64,000 nucleotides of DNA from Mobula birostris (taxonomy: Eukaryota), in the NCBI RefSeq assembly GCF_030028105.1, contig NW_027274036.1, forward strand, positions 310,001-374,000. The letters are read 5' to 3'. Positions 52,101 through 64,000 of this stretch are shown piece after piece (position 1 is the stretch's first letter; each line of letters starts with the position of its first letter). A program made the position numbers and the translations under genes. The notes beneath the pieces are model-generated. The model was given only the letters and a program-made list of their open reading frames with translations. It did no database searches and was not told the origin of the DNA.

Positions 52101-55100
52101 CCACATGCACACTCTCAGACATACAGTCCATGTGCAGTGTCACACGTACTGTCGACATGCACACTGTCACCGAAACCGTCCACAGGCACACTCTCACAGG
52201 TACTGTCCACATGCACAGTGTCACATCTACTGTCCACTTGAACACTCTCACACGTACTGTCCATAAGCACACTGTCAAACCTACAGTCCCTATGCACACT
52301 GTCACACATACTGTCCACAGGCACACTGTCACACATATTGTCCACATGAACACTCTCAGACATAATGTCCACATGCACACTGTCACACGTACTGTCCACA
52401 TGCATGCTGTCACACGTACTGTCCACATGCACACTCTCAGACATACTGACCACGTGCAGTGTCACACGTACTGTCCACATGCACACTGTTACACGTACTG
52501 TCCACATGTACACTGTTATACGTACTGTCCACATGCACACTGTCACACGTATTATCCTCATGCACACAGTTATACATACTGTCCACATGCACACTCTCAG
52601 ACATACAGTCCATGTGCAGTGTCACACGTACTATTGACATGCACACTGTCACCGAAACCGTCCACAGGCACACTCTCACACAGACTGTCCACATGCACAG
52701 TGTCACACCTACTGTCCACTTGAACACTCTCACACGTACTGTCCATAAGCACACTGTCAAACCTACTGTCCATATGCACACTGTCAGACATACTGTCCAC
52801 ATGGACACTCTCAGACATGCTGTCCACGTGCAGTGTCACATGTACAGTCCACATGCACACTGTCATACATACTGTCCACATGCACAGTGTTACATGTACT
52901 GTCCACATGCACACTGTCACACATACTGTCCACATGCACACTGTCACACGTACTGTCCACAGGTACACTGTCAAACGTACTGTGCACATGCACACTCTCA
53001 CACGTGTTTTCCACATGTTCACTATCACACATACTGTCCACATGCACGCTCTCACACGTAATATCCACTTGTACACTCTCACAAATACTGTCCACATGCA
53101 CACTGTTACGTGTACGTTCCACTTGTACACTCTCAGACGTACTGTCCACAAGCACACTGTCGAAACTACTGTCCACATGCACACTGTCACACATACTGTC
53201 CACAGGCACACTTTCACACGTCCTGTCTACTTGTACACTCTCACACATACTGTCCAGATGCACACTGTCAAACCTACTGTCCACATGCACACTGTCACCG
53301 AAACCGTCCACAGACACACTCTCACACGTACTGCCCATATGCACAGTGTCACACTACTGTCTACTTGAACACTCTCACACGTAATGTCCACTTGTACACT
53401 CTCACACATGCTGTCCACAGGTACACTATCACATATACTGAGTACATGCACACTCTCACACGTACTGTACTCATGCACAGTGTCACACATACTGTCCACA
53501 GGTACACTCTCACATATACTGTGTACATGCACACTGTCACTCGTACTGTCCACATGCACACCGTCACATGTAATGTCCACATGCACAGTGTTACATGTAC
53601 TTTCCACTTGTACACTCTCACACGTACTGTCCACATGCACACTGTCACACGTACTGTCCACATGCACACTGTCACACGTACAGTCCACATGCACATTCTC
53701 ACACGTATTGTCCACATGTCCACTCTCAGACATACTGTCCACCTGCAGTGTCACATGTACTGTCGCACATGCACACTGTCACCAAAACCGTCCACAGGCA
53801 CACTCTCACACGTACTGTCCATATGCACAGTGTCACATCTACTGTCTACTTGAACACTCTCACACGTACTGTCCACAAGCACACTGTCAAACCTACTGTC
53901 CACATGCACACTGTCACACATACTGTCCACAGGCACACTGTCACACATACTGTCCACATGGACACTCTCAGACATACTGTCCATGTGCAGTGTCACATGC
54001 ACTGTCCACATGTACACTGTCATACGCAGTGACCACTTGCACACTCTCACCCGTACTGTCCACATGCACACTGTCACACGTATTATCCACATGCACACAG
54101 TTATCATATGTCCACATGCACACTCTCAGACATACTGTCCATGTGCAGTGTCACACGTACTGTCCACATGCACAGTGTCATATCTACTGTCCACTTGAAC
54201 ACTCTCACATGTACTGTCCACAAGCACACTGTCAAACCTACTGTCCACATGCACACTGTCACACATACTGTCTACATGCACACTCTCAGACATAATGTCC
54301 ACATGCACACTGTCACAAGTACTGTCCACATGTACACTCTCATACGTACTGTCCACATGTACACTGTCATATGCAGGACCACTTGCACACTCTCACACGT
54401 ACTGACCACATACACACTGTCACATGCACTGTCCACATGTACACTGTCATATGCAGTGACCACTTGCACACCCTCAAAAGTACTGTCCACATACACACTT
54501 TTACATGTACTGTTCACATGTATGCTGTGATACGTACTGTCCATATGCACACTACCTCACGTATTATCCACATGCACACAGTTATACATACTGTCCACAT
54601 GCACACTCTCAGACATACAGTCCATGTACAGTGTGACACGTACTGTCGACATGCACACTGTCACCGAAACCGTCCACAGGCACACTCTCACAGGTACTGT
54701 CCACATGCACAGTGTCACACGTACTGTCCACATGCACACTCTCACACATACTGTCCACAGGCACACTGTCAAACCTACTGTCCACATGCACACTGTCACA
54801 CATACTGTCCACATGCACACTCTCAGACATACTGTCCACGTGCAGTGTCACACGTACGGTCCACATGTACACTGACATATGCAGTGACCACTTGCACACT
54901 CTCACACGTACTGTCCACACGCACACTGTTACATGTACTGTCCATATGCACACTGTTACATGTACTGTCCACTTGCACACTGTTACACGTACTGTCCACA
55001 TGCACACTGTCAAACGTACTGTCCACATGCACACTGTCACACGTACTGTCCACATGCACACTCTCACACGTGCTTTCCACAAGTACACTGTCATACATAC

Positions 55101-58100
55101 TGTCCACAGGCACACTATCACACGTACTGTCCACATGCACAGTGTCACACATACTGTCCACAGGTACACTCTCACATATACTGTGTACATGCACACTGTC
55201 ACATGTACTGTCCACATGCACACCGTCACATGTACTGTCCACATGCACAGTGTTACATGTACTTTCCACTTGTACACTTTCACACGTACTGTCCACCTGC
55301 ACACTGTCACACGTACAGTCCACATGCACATTCTCACACGTATTGTCCACATGTCCACTCTCAGACATACTGTCCACCCACAGTGTCACATCTACTGTCT
55401 ACTTGAACACTCTCACACGTACTGTCCACAAGCACACTGTCACACGTACTGTCCACATGCACACTGTCACACATACTGTCCACAGGCACACTGTCACACA
55501 TACTGTCCACATGAACACTCTCAGACATAATGTCCACATGCACACTGTCACACGTACTGTCCGCATGCACACTGTCACACATACTGCACACATGCACACT
55601 CTCTGACATACTGTCCACGTGCAGTGTCACGCATACTGTCCACATGCACACTGTCATACGCAGTGTCCATTTGCACACTCTCACACGTACTGTCCACAGG
55701 CACACTGTCAAATGTACTGTCGACATGCACACTGTCACATGTATTGTCCACATGCACAGTCTCACACGTACTTTCCACATGTACACTGTCATACATACTG
55801 CCCACAGGCACAATGTCATGTGTACTGTCCACTCACACGTAATGTCCACTTGCACACTGTCACACGTACTGTCCACATGCATACTGTCAAACCTACTGTC
55901 CACAGGCACACTGTCACACATACTGTCGACAGGCACACTGGCAAACCTGCTGTCCACAGCCACATTGTCACACATACTGTCCACAGGCGCACTGTCACAC
56001 ACTCTGTCCATATGCACACTGTTACACGTACTGTCCACATGCACACTGTCACAAGTATTGTCCACATGCACACTGTTACACGTACTGTCCACATGCACAT
56101 GCTCAGACATGCCGTCCACGTAGTGTCGCACGTACTGTCCACATGCACACTGTCACACGTACTGTCCACATGCACACTGTCACACATACTGTCCACAGGC
56201 ACACTGTCACACATACTGTCGACAGGCACACTGGCAAACCTGCTGTCCACAGCCACATTGTCACATGTACTGTCCACATGTACACTGTCATATGCAGTGA
56301 CCACTTGCACACTCTCACACGTACTGTCCACATGCACACTGTTATACGTACTGTCCACATGCACACTGTCACACGTATTATCCTCATGCACACAGTTATA
56401 CATACTGTCCACATGCACACTCTCAGACATACAGTCCATGTGCAGTGTCACACGTACTGTCGACATGCACACTGTCACCGAAACCGTCCACAGGCACACT
56501 CTCACACGGACTGTCCACATGCACAGTGTCACATCTACTGTCCACTTGAACACTCTCACACGTACTGTCCATAAGCACACTGTCAGACATACTGTCCACA
56601 TGGACACTCTCAGACATGCTGTCCACGTGCAGTGTCACATGTACAGTCCACATGCACACTGTCATACATACTGTCCACATGCACAGTGTTACATGTACTG
56701 TCCACATGCACACTGTCACACATACTGTCCACATGCACAGTGTTACATGTACTTTCCACTTGTACACTCTCACACATACTTTCCAGATGCACACTGTCAA
56801 ACCTACTGTCCAAATGCACACTGTCACACGTACTGTCCACATGCACACTCTCACACGTGTTTTCCACATGTTCACTGTCAAATATACTGTCCACAGGCAC
56901 ACTATCACACGTACTGTCCACATGCACGCTCTCACACGTAATGTCCACTTGTACACTCTCACACATACTGTCCACATGCACACTGTTAAGTGTACTTTCC
57001 ACTTGTACACTCTCAGACGTACTGTCCACAAGCACACTGTCGAAACTACTGCCCACATGCACACTGTCACACATACTGTCCACAGGCACACTCTCACACG
57101 TCCTGTCCACTTGTACACTCTCACACATACTGTCCAGATGCACACTGTCAAACCTACTGTCCACATGCACACTGTCACACGTACTGCCCACATGCACACT
57201 GTCACACGTACTGTCCACATGGACACTCTCAGACATACTGTCCATGTGCAGTGTCACATGCACTGTCCACATGTACACTGTCATACGCAGTGACCACTTG
57301 CACACTCTCACCCGTACTGTCCACATGCACACTGTCACACGTATTATCCACATGCACACAGTTATCATATGTCCACATGCACACTCTCAGACATACTGTC
57401 CATGTGCAGTGTCACACGTACTGTCCACATGCACACTGTCACCGAAACCGTCCACAGGCACACTCTCACACGTACTGTCCACATGCAGAGTGTCATATCT
57501 ACTGTCCACTTGAACACTCTCACACGTACTGTCCACAAGCACACTGTCAAACCTACTGTCCACATGCACACTGTCACACGTACTGTCCACATGCACACAC
57601 TCAGACATAATGTCCACATGCACACTGTCACACGTACTGTCCACATGTACACTCTCATACGTACTGTCCACATGTACACTGTCATATGCAGTGACCACTT
57701 GCACACTCTCAAAAGTACTGTCCACATACACACTGTTACATGTACTGTCCACATGTATACTGTGATACGTACTGTCCACATGCACACTGCCACCCGTATT
57801 ATCCACATGCACACAGTTATACATACTGTCCACATGCACACTCTCAGACATACAGTCCATGTGCAGTGTCACACGTACTGTTGACATGCACACTGTCACC
57901 GAAACCGTCCACAGGCACACTCTCACACAGACTGTCCACATGCACAGTGTCACATCTACTGTCCACTTGAACACTCTCACACGTACTGTCCATAAGCACA
58001 CTGTCAAACCTACTGTCCATATGCACACTGTCAGACATACTGTCCACATGGACACTCTCAGACATGCTGTCCACGTGCAGTGTCACATGTACAGTCCACA

Positions 58101-61100
58101 TGCACACTGTCATACATACTGTCCACATGCACAGTGTTACATGTACTGTCCACATGCACACTGTCACACATACTGTCCACATGCACAGTGTTACATGTAC
58201 TTTCCACATGTACACTCTCACACATACTTTCCAGATGCACACTGTCAAACCTACTGTCCAAATGCACACTGTCACACGTACTGTCCACATGCACACTCTC
58301 ACACGTGTTTTCTACATGTTCACTGTCAAATATACTGTCCACAGGCACACTATCACACGTACTGTCCACATGCACGCTCTCACACGTAATGTCCACTTGT
58401 ACACTCTCACACATACTGTCCACATGCACACTGTTAAGTGTACTTTCCACTTGTACACTCTCAGACGTACTGTCCACAAGCACACTGTCGAAACTACTGC
58501 CCACATGCACACTGTCACACATACTGTCCACAGGCACACTCTCACACGTCCTGTCCACTTGTACACTCTCACACATACTGTCCAGATGCACACTGTCAAA
58601 CCTATTGTCCACATGCACACTGTCACACGTACTGCCCACATGCACACTGTCACACGTACTGTCCACATGGACACTCTCAGACATACTGTCCATGTGCAGT
58701 GTCACATGCACTGTCCACATGTACACTGTCATACGCAGTGACCACTTGCACACTCTCACCCGTACTGTCCACATGCACACTGTCACACGTATTATCCACA
58801 TGCACACAGTTATCATATGTCCACATGCACACTCTCAGACATACTGTCCATGTGCAGTGTCACACGTACTGTCCACATGCACACTGTCACCGAAACCGTC
58901 CACAGGCACACTCTCACACGTACTGTCCACATGCAGAGTGTCATATCTACTGTCCACTTGAACACTCTCACACGTACTGTCCACAAGCACACTGTCAAAC
59001 CTACTGTCCACATGCACACTGTCACACGTACTGTCCACATGCACACACTCAGACATAATGTCCACATGCACACTGTCACACGTACTGTCCACATGTACAC
59101 TCTCATACGTACTGTCCACATGTACACTGTCATATGCAGTGACCACTTGCACACTCTCAAAAGTACTGTCCACATGCACACTGTCACACGTACTGTCCAC
59201 AGGCACACTGTCACACATACTGTCCACAGGCACACTGTCACACATACTGCCCACATGAACACTCTCAGACATAATGTCCACATGCACACTGTCACACGTA
59301 CTGTCCGCATGCACACTGTCACACATACTGCACACATGGACACTCTCAGACATACTGACCACGTGCAGTGTCACATGTACTGTCCACATGTACACTGTCA
59401 TATGCAGTGACCACTTGCACACTCTCACACGTACTGTCCACATGCACACTGTTACACGTACTGTCCACATGTACACTGTTATACGTACTGTCCACATGCA
59501 CACTGTCACACGTATTATCCTCATGCACACAGTTATACATACTGTCCACATGCACACTCTCAGACATACAGTCCATGTGCAGTGTCACACGTACTGTCGA
59601 CATGCACACTGTCACCGAAACCGTCCACAGGCACACTCTCACACGGACTGTCCACATGCACAGTGTCACATCTACTGTCCACTTGAACACTCTCACACGT
59701 ACTGTCCATAAGCACACTGTCAAACCTACTGTCCATATGCACACTGTCAGACATACTGTCCACATGGACACTCTCAGACATGCTGTCCACGTGCAGTGTC
59801 ACATGTACAGTCCACATGCACACTGTCATACATACTGTCCACATGCACAGTGTTACATGTACTTTCCACTTGTACACTCTCACACATACTTTCCAGATGC
59901 ACACTGTCAAACCTACTGTCCAAATGCACACTGTCACACGTACTGTCCACATGCACACTCTCACACGTGTTTTCCACATGTTCACTGTCAAATATACTGT
60001 CCACAGGCACACTATCACACGTACTGTCCACATGCACGCTCTCACACGTAATGTCCACTTGTACACTCTCACACATACTGTCCACATGCACACTGTTAAG
60101 TGTACTTTCCACTTGTACACTCTCAGACGTATTGTCCACAAGCACACTGTCGAAACTACTGCCCACATGCACACTGTCACACATACTGTCCACAGGCACA
60201 CTCTCACACGTCCTGTCCACTTGTACACTCTCACACATACTGTCCAGATGCACACTGTCAAACCTACTGTCCACATGCACACTGTCACACGTACTGCCCA
60301 CATGCACACTGTCACACGTACTGTCCACATGGACACTCTCAGACATACTGTCCATGTGCAGTGTCACATGCACTGTCCACATGTACACTGTCATACGCAG
60401 TGACCACTTGCACACTCTCACCCGTACTGTCCACATGCACACTGTCACACGTATTATCCACATGCACACAGTTATCATATGTCCACATGCACACTCTCAG
60501 ACATACTGTCCATGTGCAGTGTCACACGTACTGTCCACATGCACACTGTCACCGAAACCGTCCACAGGCACACTCTCACACGTACTGTCCACATGCAGAG
60601 TGTCATATCTACTGTCCACTTGAACACTCTCACACGTACTGTCCACAAGCACACTGTCAAACCTACTGTCCACATGCACACTGTCACACGTACTGTCCAC
60701 ATGCACACACTCAGACATAATGTCCACATGCACACTGTCACACGTACTGTCCACATGTACACTCTCATACGTACTGTCCACATGTACACTGTCATATGCA
60801 GTGACCACTTGCACACTCTCAAAAGTACTGTCCACATACACACTGTTACATGTACTGTCCACATGTATACTGTGATACGTACTGTCCACATGCACACTGC
60901 CACCCGTATTATCCACATGCACACAGTTATACATACTGTCCACATGCACACTCTCAGACATACAGTCCATGTGCAGTGTCACACGTACTGTTGACATGCA
61001 CACTGTCACCGAAACCGTCCACAGGCACACTCTCACACAGACTGTCCACATGCACAGTGTCACATCTACTGTCCACTTGAACACTCTCACACGTACTGTC

Positions 61101-64000
61101 CATAAGCACACTGTCAAACCTACTGTCCATATGCACACTGTCAGACATACTGTCCACATGGACACTCTCAGACATGCTGTCCACGTGCAGTGTCACATGT
61201 ACAGTCCACATGCACACTGTCATACATACTGTCCACATGCACAGTGTTACATGTACTGTCCACATGCACACTGTCACACATACTGTCCACATGCACAGTG
61301 TTACATGTACTTTCCACATGTACACTCTCACACATACTTTCCAGATGCACACTGTCAAACCTACTGTCCAAATGCACACTGTCACACGTACTGTCCACAT
61401 GCACACTCTCACACGTGTTTTCCACATGTTCACTGTCAAATATACTGTCCACAGGCACACTATCACACGTACTGTCCACATGCACGCTCTCACACGTAAT
61501 GTCCACTTGTACACTCTCACACATACTGTCCAGATGCACACTGTCAAACCTACTGTCCACATGCACACTGTCACACGTACTGCCCACATGCACACTGTCA
61601 CACGTACTGTCCACATGGACACTCTCAGACATACTGTCCATGTGCAGTGTCACATGCACTGTCCACATGTACACTGTCATACGCAGTGACCACTTGCACA
61701 CTCTCACCCGTACTGTCCACATGCACACTGTCACACGTATTATCCACATGCACACAGTTATCATATGTCCACATGCACACTCTCAGACATACTGTCCATG
61801 TGCAGTGTCACACGTACTGTCCACATGCACACTGTCACCGAAACCGTCCACAGGCACACTCTCACACGTACTGTCCACATGCAGAGTGTCATATCTACTG
61901 TCCACTTGAACACTCTCACACGTACTGTCCACAAGCACACTGTCAAACCTATTGTCCACATGCACACTGTCACACGTACTGTCCACATGCACACACTCAG
62001 ACATAATGTCCACATGCACACTGTCACACGTACTGTCCACATGTACACTCTCATACGTACTGTCCACATGTACACTGTCATATGCAGTGACCACTTGCAC
62101 ACTCTCAAAAGTACTGTCCACATACACACTGTTACATGTACTGTCCACATGTATACTGTGATACGTACTGTCCACATGCACACTGCCACACGTATTATCC
62201 ACATGCACACAGTTATACATACTGTCCACATGCACACTCTCAGACATACAGTCCATGTGCAGTGTCACACGTACTGTCGACATGCACACTGTCACCGAAA
62301 CCGTCCACAGGCACACTCTCACACAGACTGTCCACATGCACAGTGTCACATCTACTGTCCACTTGAACACTCTCACACGTACTGTCCATAAGCACACTGT
62401 CAAACCTACAGTCCATATGCACACTGTCACACATATTGTCCACATGGACACTCTCAGACATGCTGTCCACGTGCAGTGTCACACCTACAGTCCACATGCA
62501 CAGTGTTACAAGTCCAGTCCACTTGTACACTCTCACACATACTGTCCAGATGCACACTGTCACACATACTGTCCGCATGTACACTGTCACACGTACCATC
62601 CACATGGACACTCTCAGACATACTGTCCACGTGCAGTGTCACACGTACTGTCCACATGTACACTGTCATACGCAGTGACCACTTGCACACTGTCACACGT
62701 ACTGTCCACATGCACACTGTCACACGTATTATCCACATGCACACAGTTATCATACTGTCCACATGCACACTCTCAGACATACTGTCCATGTGCAGTGTCA
62801 CACGTACTGTCGACATGCACACTGTCATACGCAGTGACCACTTGCACACTCTCACACATACTGTCCACATGCACACTGTCACACATACTGCCCACAGGCA
62901 CACTGTCACACATACTGTCCACATGCACACTCTCAGACATAATGTCCACATACACACTGTCACATGCACTGTCCACATGTACACTCTCATACGTACTGTC
63001 CACATGTACATTGTCATATGCAGTGACCACTTGCACACTCTCAAAAGTACTGTCCACATACACACTGTTACATGTACTGTCCACATGTATGCTGTGATAC
63101 GTACTGTCCATATGCACACTGCCACACGTGTTATCCACATGCACACAGTTATACACACTATCCACATGCACACTCTCAGACATACAGTCCATGTACAGTG
63201 TGATACGTACTGTCGACATGCACACTGTCACCGAAACCGTCCACAGCCACACTCTCACACATACTGTCCACATGCAGAGTGTCACATCTACTGTCCACTT
63301 GAACACTCTCACACGTACTGTCCATAAACACACTGTCAAACCTACTGTCGACATGCAGATTGTCACCGAAACCGTCCACAGGCACAGTCTCACAGGTACT
63401 GTCCACATGCACAGTGTCACACATACTGTCCACAGGCACACTGTCAAACCTACTGTCCACATGCACACTGTCACACATAGTGTCCACATGTACACTCTCA
63501 GACATACTGTCCACGTGCAGTGTCACATGTACGGTCCACATGTACACTGACATATGCAGTGACCACTTGCACACTCTCACACGTACTGTCCACACGCACA
63601 CTGTTACATGTACTGTCCACTTGCACACTGTCAAACGTACTGTCCACTTGCACACTGTCACACGTACTGTACTCATGCACACTCTCACACGTGCTTTCCA
63701 CAAGTACACTGTCATACATACTGTCCACAGGCACACTATCACACATACTGTCCACATGCACACTCTCACACGTACTGTACTCATGCACACTGTCACACGT
63801 ACTGTCCACATGCACAGTGTTACATATACTTTCCACTTGTACACTCTCACACGTACTGTCTACATGCACACTGTCACACGTACAGTCCACATGCACATTC
63901 TCACACGTACGGTCCACATGCACAGTGTTACATATACTTTCCACTTGTACACTCTCACACGTACTGTCTACATGCACACTGTCACACGTACAGTCCACAT
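49141..64000. repeat. 27-bp satellite array, at least 14.8 kb (~550 units), with higher-order repeats
   Basis: Consensus tactgtccacatgcacactgtcacacg, giving 9-aa periodicity in all six frames. Runs off the window end. Confidence 0.97.

Noticed and set aside
49053-63998. Dozens of long His/Cys/Thr/Val-rich ORFs (up to 522 aa) on both strands
   Set aside because: The 27-bp unit is a multiple of 3 and has no stop codon in any of the six frames, so overlapping ORFs arise automatically. There is no strand or frame preference and no domain.

Overview
Vertebrate genomic DNA that is mostly decayed transposable elements. The repeat families and the protein style suggest a cartilaginous fish, probably a ray or skate (inference). 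Bases 1-41.4 kb are a mosaic of CR1-type, RTE, L1 and Rex/Babar LINEs, GIY-YIG Penelope-like elements (PLEs), two Gypsy relics, a solo LTR and a hAT-like relic. One stack (~12.9-30.1 kb) is nested three insertions deep inside a host CR1 and can be unpicked through its target-site duplications (TSDs). The PLE terminal repeats carry minimal hammerhead-ribozyme motifs; only one copy has an intact core. A 138-bp PLE-derived hairpin insertion starts 6 nt past the predicted cleavage site. The only recognisable host gene is a minus-strand Siglec-family receptor (V-set, C2-set, transmembrane and cytoplasmic exons, ~43.3-48.4 kb) with its sialic-acid-binding Arg intact; I could not locate its leader or terminal exon. 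From ~49.14 kb to the window end is a 27-bp satellite (~550 units) with kb-scale higher-order repeats. All long ORFs there are artefacts. TE boundaries not fixed by a TSD are approximate.
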